DNA from: Candidatus Omnitrophota bacterium
GTDB taxonomy: Bacteria; Omnitrophota; Gorgyraeia; Gygaellales; Profunditerraquicolaceae
Direction: 5' to 3'
DNA length: 52,557 nt
Assembly: GCA_026387255.1 (NCBI GenBank)
Contig: JAPLMA010000109.1
Location: 1 to 52,557, forward strand
Part shown: piece after piece, positions 38,617-47,167 of the stretch
Layout: each line of letters begins with the position of its first letter
Position numbering within the stretch: position 1 is the first letter of the stretch
Position numbers and translations under genes: made by a program
The notes under the pieces: model-generated
The model's input: only the letters and a program-made list of their open reading frames with translations
The model's database searches: none
What the model was told of the DNA's origin: nothing

Positions 38617-39722
38617 TTATACTCCTTACCCATTACCCCTAGAGATTGCTGATAAACAATCTCGGTTTTAGCCACCATCTCTTCTTTAGAAAAATTAGCC
38701 ATAATAAATTCACGCGCCCGGGTGCCTAAAGTTCGACGTAACGGACAATCGTTAAGCAAAGTCATGATGGCCTGCGCCAGAGCTGGCGCATCAGCCGGCG
38801 CAACCAATAAACCATTTACTTTATCCTGAATCAAAGTTTTGATTCCACCTACAGCGCAACCCACTACGGCAATTCCCTGCGCCATCGCCTCCATTAATGC
38901 TAGCCCTAACCCTTCCTGCAATGAAGGCATAACAAAAATATCCATCGCCGCAAGCATATCTTTGGTATTACTGGCCTGTGGAATAAATAGCACATTCTCC
39001 TTAATACCTAACAGATCTACTTGCCTGATCAACGCGTTCTTCGTTTTACCCTCGCCAATAATAAGCAGCCTCGCAGTTGGAAAAATTTTTACAACTCTCT
39101 GCATCGCCCGAATAAGATAAAGATGGCCTTTGACATCGCTTAATCGAGCGATAATGCCAACGATAAAAGCATCATTGATGCCTAAATCTTTGCGCAACAT
39201 ACTCCTGGTCGAAAAATCCCCAAAATTTTTAGTATCGATGCCATTATTAACTACACTAATCTTAGCTTCTTCCAGCTTAAAATCGATAATTAAATGCTCC
39301 TTTACCTGCTGGCTAATCGCAATTACTCTTTGGCCCCAGCAACCAAAAATCCGGCGTGATATTTTAGGCTTAAAAAAACCATGACAGGTAAAAATATGCG
39401 GTTTAGCTAACCAACGGCCCAATAAATCAGCTAAGACTTGCGTCGTGCGGCTATGCGAGTGGATTAAATCAATATTAAGTTCCCGGACAAATTTTCTTAA
39501 CTTCCAAAAACTATAAAATATCTTATAACTAATCTCATTCTTTGTTTTTAGGGGCACCTTAACCAGGGTTATACCCGCCTGAATAAACTTATCCTCTAAT
39601 TCTCCGCCGCTGGAAGCCAGATAAACCTGATGACCTTTTTGTTTCAACCCGCCAGTCAAGGTCAACAGATAGCTGGATATACCCCCGACATTAAGATGAT
39701 TAGCAATAAAAAGTATTCTCAT
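38613..39722 (-). CDS. GT4-family glycosyltransferase
   Basis: MRILFIANHLNVGGISSY N-terminus and the E-x7-E region PSLQEGLGLALMEAMAQGIAVV. Confidence 0.82.
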   Translation of the reverse strand: MRILFIANHLNVGGISSYLLTLTGGLKQKGHQVYLASSGGELEDKFIQAGITLVKVPLKTKNEISYKIFYSFWKLRKFVRELNIDLIHSHSRTTQVLADLLGRWLAKPHIFTCHGFFKPKISRRIFGCWGQRVIAISQQVKEHLIIDFKLEEAKISVVNNGIDTKNFGDFSTRSMLRKDLGINDAFIVGIIARLSDVKGHLYLIRAMQRVVKIFPTARLLIIGEGKTKNALIRQVDLLGIKENVLFIPQASNTKDMLAAMDIFVMPSLQEGLGLALMEAMAQGIAVVGCAVGGIKTLIQDKVNGLLVAPADAPALAQAIMTLLNDCPLRRTLGTRAREFIMANFSKEEMVAKTEIVYQQSLGVMGKEYK

Positions 39723-39732
39723 TTTAGTCTAA

Positions 39733-41826
39733 TTATTTAAGTAACTTCATTACCGCCTCAAACACTTCCGCGGGGCTAATCTGCGCCATGCAGCTTTTAC
39801 TGCGGCATTTAGTTTTATAACAAGGACTGCAGCGCAACTCTTTATTAATGACCACATAATTTTTTCCGGGTGGCAGATGCCGACGCGCATCAGTCGGGCC
39901 AAATAAGGCAATAAACGGAGTGCCGACTGCGGAGGCAATATGCAAGGGCGAAGAATCCGCAGAAATAAAAACCTGGCATTTTTTAATTAACACGGCTAAT
40001 TCATTGATATTAGTTTTACCACAGGCATTGATAACTTTGGTATTTTTTAAAGAATTGATCAACATACTGGCCAGTGCTTGATCCTGGCCCGTTCCAGTAA
40101 TAATTACGCGGATATCTTTTAATCCCAATTCCTCAGTTAAGCAAATCAAATATTCCATCGGCCAAAGTTTAGTACTCCACCTTTTAGATGCACTGATATT
40201 AATTCCCACTACCTTCTGCGCCTGGCTTAACCATTGGGCATTAAGAAGTTCATCCACAGCTTTTTGATCTTCACTCGATGGCCAAAGTTCCAAGGCATTG
40301 TTCAATAAGTCAATTCCCAACATCTTCAAGATTCTAAATTGGTGAGTTACCGGGTCAACCGGAGGCCGCTGATCATAAATAGCATGATTAAGTAAAAAAG
40401 CAAATTTCTTATTATTATAACCATAACGATTAATACATCCGCTCAAATAAGCTAAGAGATGGCTAGAGCGGCTATTCTGCAGGTCAATCACCAGGTCAAA
40501 ATTCTTTTTCCTTAAAATACGGCCAATTCCCCATAAACCCGCCAGACCCTTATCTTTATTCTTTAAATCGCAAACCAACAACTCATCAATATACGGGCTA
40601 CGCAGAAGAATATCTTTAGATTCCTCACCAATAAGGAAACTTAGCTTATAATTTTCTTGGGGAAATTTTTCCCGAATTGCCCTTAAGCCCGCCGTAGAAA
40701 GAATTACATCCCCTAAAGAGCTAAATTTAATCACCAGGATCTTAAAATTATTTAAGACTTCGCGATAGACGTCCAAAGTATTTTTAACCATCAACTCTAC
40801 GTTATACTTCTCTTTAACCTTAGCATAAGCATTTTGGGCTAACTCCCTGGCAAATTGTGTATCCTTAAAAATACGCATGATCGCCTCGGCCATACTTTTA
40901 GCATCCGCCGGAGGCACTAAGAGACCATTCTTTCCATCTTCAATAATATCAATCACTCCCCCGACTTTAGTCGCGACCACCGGGACACCCGCAGCTTGCG
41001 CCTCAACCACTACCCTGCCGAAAGCCTCGTGAGTAGTCGTAGCTAAAACCACCAAATCCAGATGTTCTAATATTCCAGGAATATCACGCTGCGTACCCAG
41101 AAACTCCGTGCAATGCCAGAGCCCAAGCCGGCGCACTAAAATCTGCAATTCTTCCTTATACGCCTCTTTGGAAGCTGGGGCATCTCCAACAATCCAGATC
41201 TTTAGACGCGGAACTAACCTGGAAATACGCGCCATCGCTTTGATAAAATGCGCATGCCCTTTTAAAGGAGTAATCCTGCCGATAATTCCGACATTAAAAT
41301 CGTCTTTTCTTTTGATTTTAGGGTCCAAGTATTTAAATTTTTCTAAGTCTACGCTACGCGGCACAAGCTTAATGCGTTCATGCGGCACAGAAAGATCTTC
41401 GATCATATGTCTGGCAATCACATTGCTTAAAACAATCACTCTTTTTCCCCATCCCATCACCGCACTAAAAAAATGTTTTTTATAATAACCATGACAGGTC
41501 GTGACAAATATTGCCCGAGTTTGGCGGCAGGCAAAATAAGCAATCCAAGCCGGCACCCTTGAACGGGCATGCACGATATCAATCTCTTCATTTTTAATTA
41601 TTTCCACCAACTTAGGAATTAACTTAAACATCGAAATAATGGATTTTTTATTTACGGATAACGTGTAATGTTTAGCGCCGCCTGTTTCCAACTCTTTAAC
41701 TAACACTCCGCCGGCAGAAACCACAACAGATTTATGCCCCAGGCGTACCAAATACTTAGAAAGATCTAATGTACCGGTCTCTACTCCCCCCACATTAAGT
41801 TCAGGTAATATCTGCAGTATTCTCAT
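39733..41826 (-). CDS. Fusion of a GT4 glycosyltransferase (N) and a GT9 heptosyltransferase-family domain (C)
   Basis: N-half: MRILQILPELNVGGVETG...HEAFGRVVVEAQAAGVPVV. C-half starts FKILVIKFSSLGDVILSTAGLRAIREKFP and ends ADSSPLHIASAVGTPFIALFGPTD. Confidence 0.82.
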   Translation of the reverse strand: MRILQILPELNVGGVETGTLDLSKYLVRLGHKSVVVSAGGVLVKELETGGAKHYTLSVNKKSIISMFKLIPKLVEIIKNEEIDIVHARSRVPAWIAYFACRQTRAIFVTTCHGYYKKHFFSAVMGWGKRVIVLSNVIARHMIEDLSVPHERIKLVPRSVDLEKFKYLDPKIKRKDDFNVGIIGRITPLKGHAHFIKAMARISRLVPRLKIWIVGDAPASKEAYKEELQILVRRLGLWHCTEFLGTQRDIPGILEHLDLVVLATTTHEAFGRVVVEAQAAGVPVVATKVGGVIDIIEDGKNGLLVPPADAKSMAEAIMRIFKDTQFARELAQNAYAKVKEKYNVELMVKNTLDVYREVLNNFKILVIKFSSLGDVILSTAGLRAIREKFPQENYKLSFLIGEESKDILLRSPYIDELLVCDLKNKDKGLAGLWGIGRILRKKNFDLVIDLQNSRSSHLLAYLSGCINRYGYNNKKFAFLLNHAIYDQRPPVDPVTHQFRILKMLGIDLLNNALELWPSSEDQKAVDELLNAQWLSQAQKVVGINISASKRWSTKLWPMEYLICLTEELGLKDIRVIITGTGQDQALASMLINSLKNTKVINACGKTNINELAVLIKKCQVFISADSSPLHIASAVGTPFIALFGPTDARRHLPPGKNYVVINKELRCSPCYKTKCRSKSCMAQISPAEVFEAVMKLLK

Positions 41827-42722
41827 AATATTTTATTTAACCCCTCGATAACTTTAGAATTATCTTTTGGCAAAACTATATCAGGTTTATTGCTCCAGAT
41901 CTCTTTCGTACTAAAAGCCAAATCTTGAATTGATTTTAAATATACATAACCTTTACTTTGGTAATTCCTTAAAAAAACCAAATGTTTCCTACTCAGTCCA
42001 CCCAGCTTAAATACCACCACGTATTTTCCACTGGCTACTGCTTCAGAAACCATGGAGATACTCTCCGGAGAACTAATGATGATATTACTTAAACCTAATA
42101 TTCCGCCCACAACATCAGGATAATTATTTTCATTGGCAATAACTAAAAGTTTACAGCGCGGATAATTAACCAGCTGACTTTTAATCACCCGCTCAAGTTT
42201 CTCGTCAGTGCGCCGAGAAGTAGAAAACAAAATATCCGCATCTAGCTCCTGGGCTATTTTTTTAAGCTGAATAATAACCTGAATAATTGTTTCTATGCTG
42301 ATTGAAAAATTCTTGCTATTACCCCCGATTAACACGCCAATCGTTAAAGAAGATAGCGTGCCTTTTATAAGACCCGACCTTAATAATCTTTCGGCAGATC
42401 CATTTAAGTAATCCGGATCAATTAAATTAAGTGCCCCCTCGGTAATTACGACATTACTTTCGGCAGCTGGCTGGTCATGTTTAGGAATAATCTTTAAATC
42501 AAACTTCTTAAGTCTTGAGAAAATCGAGCGCATCAAAACAATAGATTTGGACTGATTTTCTTTAGACAAAAGGTAATTTATGGCGCTTAATTTCCCACCG
42601 GCAGAAATAATAATATCCGGCTTAAGTCCCATTAAACCCTGCCAACTTTCAGGAGTTAACGCATTGCGTAGCATAAACAAAGAACTTACCCCTGGATATT
42701 TACCGCTTAAAATAATCGACAA
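41823..42722 (-). CDS. ELM1/DUF1022-family protein, C-terminal 299 aa; its N-terminus is encoded in another frame at the end of the upstream lpxL-like ORF (frameshift)
   Basis: PDIIISAGGK...FDLKIIPKHD...GVLIGGNSKNF...STSRRT...SPESISMVSEAVASGKYV matches the ELM1 family layout. The track start is an artefactual TTG. See the finding at 42722-42874. Confidence 0.65.
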   Translation of the reverse strand: MSIILSGKYPGVSSLFMLRNALTPESWQGLMGLKPDIIISAGGKLSAINYLLSKENQSKSIVLMRSIFSRLKKFDLKIIPKHDQPAAESNVVITEGALNLIDPDYLNGSAERLLRSGLIKGTLSSLTIGVLIGGNSKNFSISIETIIQVIIQLKKIAQELDADILFSTSRRTDEKLERVIKSQLVNYPRCKLLVIANENNYPDVVGGILGLSNIIISSPESISMVSEAVASGKYVVVFKLGGLSRKHLVFLRNYQSKGYVYLKSIQDLAFSTKEIWSNKPDIVLPKDNSKVIEGLNKIL

Positions 42723-42772
42723 ACTAAAAAATCGCCTAAAGATACTACTGCGAAATTTTATCTCCTGGATAT

Positions 42773-43771
42773 TTAAAGTAGTTTTATTCCTCGACTGGCC
42801 AGCTGCTGAATAACTAATTTGGCCACACTCTCCGACTGGCGCAAATGCCCAGTCTTACCATCCCCAAGAATCATAATCTCTTTTTCTTTGCCGTATTTGA
42901 ATATTTTATAAGTCCAGAGATATTCATGCGGATATTGCCGGATATATTTTTCATAAATACTAATTAACCTTTGCAAATTCTGGCGCAGATCGTTTTGGGG
43001 ATCCGCGCTGGGAGTCGCCGTAAAAACCTGATCCAGGATTACTTTAGTGTAGGGCCCTTTGATGCGCGTATAAAAAACAGGAATTATCGCGCAATCATAT
43101 TTTAACGCCAATCTCACTGCACCCGTAGACATTGAGGCTTCTTTACCAAAGAAATTAACCAGCTGGCCATATCTACCCCCCTGATCTGTAGTCATGCCGA
43201 TTGACTGATTACTCTTGAGCACCTCAATTAACTGCCTGACTCCAGTGTTTTTATGGATAATTTTTGCCCCTTGCTTAAGCCGATAATAATTAAGCAGCTC
43301 ATTTAACCTGGGGAAACCTTGATCGCGCACAAACAAAACAAAAGGAAAACCTAAATTTGCGCAAATAATATTGGAAAGCTCCCAATTACCCTCATGCACG
43401 ATAAGAAAAATTACTCCTTTACCTCGATTAAAAGCCTTTTGGATATAATCCTTATTTTCAATATGAATGTACTTTTCTAAATAATGTTTATTTACCCGCG
43501 GAATAATGGAGATCTCAGTCAAGTTCTGGCCAAAAGCCTGATAAGCCTGGCGCGTAATCCTGGCACTTGAAGCGCAATCCAGATTATCGGAAACGGTCTT
43601 TCTAATATTGGCTTGGGCAACCGCCCGATGCCGCCGGTCAAATAAATAAATCAGATCCCCCAGCCTGCGACCTAAAAAAAGGCTGAAATTTAAGGGTAAA
43701 AAAAACGTAAAAAAACTTACGACCCTAAAAAGAATACAACTTAAGTAATCGGCGATTAAATTCTGCTTCAT
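42773..43771 (-). CDS. lpxL: Lipid A biosynthesis late (lauroyl/myristoyl-type) acyltransferase, LpxL family, with an ELM1 N-terminal segment fused in frame at its C-terminus
   Basis: N-terminal membrane anchor, HEGNWE acyltransferase motif, C-terminal PHEYLWTYK. The last 34 codons (MILGDGKTGHLRQSESVAKL) look like an ELM1-family N-terminus. Confidence 0.72.
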   Translation of the reverse strand: MKQNLIADYLSCILFRVVSFFTFFLPLNFSLFLGRRLGDLIYLFDRRHRAVAQANIRKTVSDNLDCASSARITRQAYQAFGQNLTEISIIPRVNKHYLEKYIHIENKDYIQKAFNRGKGVIFLIVHEGNWELSNIICANLGFPFVLFVRDQGFPRLNELLNYYRLKQGAKIIHKNTGVRQLIEVLKSNQSIGMTTDQGGRYGQLVNFFGKEASMSTGAVRLALKYDCAIIPVFYTRIKGPYTKVILDQVFTATPSADPQNDLRQNLQRLISIYEKYIRQYPHEYLWTYKIFKYGKEKEIMILGDGKTGHLRQSESVAKLVIQQLASRGIKLL

Positions 43772-44783
43772 TTTTAGTTATGCTTAATTTTATCTCCAAA
43801 ACTAGTATCCCTGTTCCCTTAACCCCTAACTCTCTAATTTTAACCGCATCCTTCTGCGTGGTAATAATCTCTTCCAAATTATTTTCTTTAGCCTCTTTAA
43901 TTATACGCAGAATATCTGCCTGCGTATAATCATGGTGATCCGGGAATCTAAAATACTTGGCGACCTTAATTCCCAATCCGCAAATGCAATTTTGGAACCC
44001 TTCAGGATTACCGATACCAGAAAATATTGCCACCGGCTTACCCCTAAGAAACTCCGGGTCTAAGAGCTCATCCGCTTGATCCAGCCGGCTAACCCCCTTA
44101 GGTTCATGCCTTGATTCGATGATCAAAGCCCGAGAATTTATACGCTTTAATTTAGCCGTCAAATCACCCAGATTTTGGCCGGAATAAACTTGAGTCAACA
44201 CAAAAATATCCGCACGTTTTAAGGCAAATAAGGGCTCACGTAAAAAACCCGCCGGAAGCATGCGATAATTACCAAAAGGATTTTGCGCATCAATGGTCAC
44301 GATCTCTAAATCTTTAAATATCTTCCACTGCTGCAAGCCATCATCAAGTATCAATGTATCGCAAGCATAATCAATTGCCGTTTGCGCTGCCTTTATCCTG
44401 TTCTGATCAACGACCACCTGCACCAACGGAAGGTTTTTCTGAAGCATTGCCGGCTCATCACCCAGCCCCTGGGCGCCTGGCCGCCGGGAATCTCGTTTAT
44501 AGCCTCGGCTTAGCACTGCAATTTTTTTACCGGCCAAACTTAATTTAACGCTTAAATACTCCACCAAAGTAGTTTTACCTGTACCTCCCAAAGTAATATT
44601 TCCCACACTAATTACCTTGGCGTTAAAACGCGTCGGCTTTATTCTGTAAAGACTGGCCAAAATAACTACAATCACTCCATAAAACAAAGAAAACACAAAC
44701 AAACACCCCCTTAAAAACACCCCCAGGAAGCCTTTTATTTTACCGGTAACTAGATTATACAGGTATTCTTTGGTAGAAAACAT
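43725..44783 (-). CDS. lpxK: Tetraacyldisaccharide 4'-kinase
   Basis: N-terminal TM helix, P-loop VGNITLGGTGKTTLVEYL, SRGY, DDGLQ motifs. Confidence 0.88.
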   Translation of the reverse strand: MFSTKEYLYNLVTGKIKGFLGVFLRGCLFVFSLFYGVIVVILASLYRIKPTRFNAKVISVGNITLGGTGKTTLVEYLSVKLSLAGKKIAVLSRGYKRDSRRPGAQGLGDEPAMLQKNLPLVQVVVDQNRIKAAQTAIDYACDTLILDDGLQQWKIFKDLEIVTIDAQNPFGNYRMLPAGFLREPLFALKRADIFVLTQVYSGQNLGDLTAKLKRINSRALIIESRHEPKGVSRLDQADELLDPEFLRGKPVAIFSGIGNPEGFQNCICGLGIKVAKYFRFPDHHDYTQADILRIIKEAKENNLEEIITTQKDAVKIRELGVKGTGILVLEIKLSITKNEAEFNRRLLKLYSF

Positions 44784-44792
44784 AATTTCGTT

Positions 44793-45065
44793 TTAGATTA
44801 CCTTAAGTAACATCAAAACTCCAATACAAATAAATAAAGAAGCGCCGATATAACGGATCATTTCCGGCCGGATAAATTTTGCCATAATTGCCCCTAGAAA
44901 AACTGAAATCACAGTAACAATAATATAGGCTCCCACCGAACCCAGCCAAACAGATATTGGTTTACCGGTTTTAGCAGCCATACCAATGCCCACCAGTTGA
45001 GTTTTATCCGCTAATTCTGCAAAAAACACCGCTCCAAACGTAGCCACAAAAACCTTCCAATCCAT
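44793..45065 (-). CDS. Single-repeat UPF0016 (GDT1/TMEM165/MneA-type) cation transporter subunit
   Basis: E-x-x-D-K-T motif (FFAELADKTQLV) and three predicted TM helices. The ATG at 45065 is preceded by GAGAGGAGAG. The track ORF's longer N-terminus (to 45161) lacks support. Confidence 0.72.
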   Translation of the reverse strand: MDWKVFVATFGAVFFAELADKTQLVGIGMAAKTGKPISVWLGSVGAYIIVTVISVFLGAIMAKFIRPEMIRYIGASLFICIGVLMLLKVI

Positions 45066-45167
45066 CTTAACTCTCCTCTCTATAATTCGGCTCTCTTTAA
45101 GCACCCAAACTACCCGCGCTTCTAACTCCAACACCTCCGCCTTTGACAAAATCCAAAACAAGGAATT

Positions 45168-45551
45168 CTAGCATTGTATTTTGAATTCAATTTCCGGATT
45201 ACCCTTCAAAGTATTATGTGCCGGGCAATGCTTAATAAATTCCAACAGCGCTCTTTGCCTACGATCATCCAACTGGCAAGCGTTTAAATCTATGGCTACG
45301 TTAATCTGCTTAAAAGTAGCCGGCGATTCTTTAGAAAGTTCAGCGGAAACACTTACTTGAAAATTATTTAAGTTTAGTTTAGAACCCTCAGCGTATTTAC
45401 GGATGTATACCCCGATGCAACTACCTAATCCAGCCAAAAGCGCATCCAAAGGGGTCAGCCCCTTGCCTTTTGCATCAATAATAAATTCACTTTCATTTGT
45501 CTTAACCGTGAAAGCTAAATCTTGATTATGGATAACCTGGACTTTATACAT
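45168..45551 (-). CDS. OsmC/Ohr-family protein
   Basis: 127 aa with PLDALLAGLGSCIGV and C-terminal CPAHNTL motifs, the two conserved Cys regions of OsmC-like proteins. Confidence 0.8.
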   Translation of the reverse strand: MYKVQVIHNQDLAFTVKTNESEFIIDAKGKGLTPLDALLAGLGSCIGVYIRKYAEGSKLNLNNFQVSVSAELSKESPATFKQINVAIDLNACQLDDRRQRALLEFIKHCPAHNTLKGNPEIEFKIQC

Positions 45552-45601
45552 TAAATCCTCTTTTCCGCTCGCCGCATAAACTTTAATCTATTTTCTACAT
45601 T

Positions 45602-46516
45602 TTACCGGCTAAATAATAATCCCAATATACAACTCAAAGATGTCCCTAAATTTACCAAAATAGTCAAGGCGCACAATTTTTCCAGCTGCTTACGATCAGT
45701 ATAGGCGCCTTTGAGCATTTGGTAAGCTAAGCTTACGGAAATAATTAATATCGGAAAATAAAAAATTGCACTTTGCATCGGTAATCCTTTAGCCAAAGCT
45801 AAAAAGAATGTTCCCACCCCGCATGCCACCAGGCAAGTATAAAGAAGCGCTCCCTTTTCTTTTCCTATGCGCACCAGCATATTCTGTTTGAACACCTGCT
45901 TATCCGCCGGATAATCCGGATATTCATTAATTAATATTATATTGGCTACCGCACAGGCAATCGGCAGACAAACCCAGGTCGCCAACATATCAAACCGCGC
46001 TGCCTGAAGATAAAATCCAGCATTTACCGCCAGCCAGCCAAAAGCATAAGCAATAAATATCTCACCAATTCCTCGTCTCACTAAACGCAAAGGCGGCTTA
46101 GAATAAAAATAGGCACAGATTATTCCTGAGGTGCCCAACGGTAAAGTCCATTTTCCGGTTTTAAAATAAAACTGCAGAATTAACCCGCTAATCATTGCCA
46201 AAAAAATAACTGCCCAGATTAAATTTTTTACTTGCCTTGGCTTGATATGATTTTCCACCAACACTTGGCTACCACCAGTAAAAAAGTTTTTCTCTAAAGT
46301 TACACTTAAGCGATCTTCGACAAGATCATAAATTTCTCCGCTATAATGCGCGATTAATTGCACCAGCGAAGATCCAAATAATCCAATCCAAAAAACTGAC
46401 CAGTTAAATATTCCCAAAAAATGGCTAGACAATAAAGCGCCCAAGATATAGGGAATGATCATCATGCTTAAAAATGGAATACGAGAAAGTAAAAACCAAT
46501 ATTTTAGCCTTGCCAT
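45602..46516 (-). CDS. UbiA-superfamily aromatic/polyprenyl prenyltransferase (MenA-like)
   Basis: Polytopic membrane protein with Asp-rich motifs GEIYDLVEDR and NEYPDYPADK. The start is ambiguous: ATG at 46516 (MARLKYWF) is chosen, and the track extends to a TTG at 46627. Confidence 0.72.
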   Translation of the reverse strand: MARLKYWFLLSRIPFLSMMIIPYILGALLSSHFLGIFNWSVFWIGLFGSSLVQLIAHYSGEIYDLVEDRLSVTLEKNFFTGGSQVLVENHIKPRQVKNLIWAVIFLAMISGLILQFYFKTGKWTLPLGTSGIICAYFYSKPPLRLVRRGIGEIFIAYAFGWLAVNAGFYLQAARFDMLATWVCLPIACAVANIILINEYPDYPADKQVFKQNMLVRIGKEKGALLYTCLVACGVGTFFLALAKGLPMQSAIFYFPILIISVSLAYQMLKGAYTDRKQLEKLCALTILVNLGTSLSCILGLLFSR

Positions 46517-46695
46517 ATTTTTAGCTAACCAGTTTGCGATTACTTCTGCGTAAAGCCTTAACCATGCGCGCGTAGGCCTCCTGCGGAGTTTTTCCTTCCG
46601 TAAGATGCTCAAAACAAACCGCAGCAAACCCCGACCTATTTTTAATCTTAAAAATCTCTACTTTTAAATGGCCGATTTTATTTAACATTTAAATT

Positions 46696-47166
46696 CTAAC
46701 GCGATATCTTAATTATTTTGTATTTTAGAATCCCGGCCGGAGTCTTAATTTCTGCAATCTCGTTTTCCTTATGCCCCAATAATCCTCCCCCGACCGGAGA
46801 ACTTATTGAAATTTTATTTTGATTATAATCCGCCTCAAGTTCTGAGACCAAAATATACTCCAGCTCCTCAAGCGTATCCATATCCAGCAACTTGACCGTC
46901 GCCCCGATTAAAACTTCATCCTTAGGAATATTCTTGTCCAGTATGCGTACCCACGCCAGCTTATCCTCCAATTCAACAATTTGTTTTTCGTTATGGGCCT
47001 GCGCATCCCTGGCTGCATCGTACTCCGCATTCTCACTAATATCGCCATGTGCACGGGCATCGCCGATAGCCTTAGAAAGTGCGCGACGCTTAACTGTTTT
47101 TAAATGCTCCAGATCATTGACTAATTTTTCATACCCTTCCTGAGTTAAATAAATATCGCCAGACAT
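46696..47166 (-). CDS. greA: Transcription elongation factor GreA
   Basis: LTQEGYEKL...AIGDARAHGDISENAEYDAARDAQ coiled-coil finger and SISSPVGGGLLGHKENE C-domain. Confidence 0.96.
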   Translation of the reverse strand: MSGDIYLTQEGYEKLVNDLEHLKTVKRRALSKAIGDARAHGDISENAEYDAARDAQAHNEKQIVELEDKLAWVRILDKNIPKDEVLIGATVKLLDMDTLEELEYILVSELEADYNQNKISISSPVGGGLLGHKENEIAEIKTPAGILKYKIIKISR

Positions 47167-47167
47167 A

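Noticed and set aside
45066-45167. yybP-ykoY manganese riboswitch upstream of the UPF0016 transporter gene.
   Set aside because: The association is expected, but I could not find the conserved GGGGAGUAG / four-way-junction elements in the 100-nt leader. It needs an Infernal scan to be sure.
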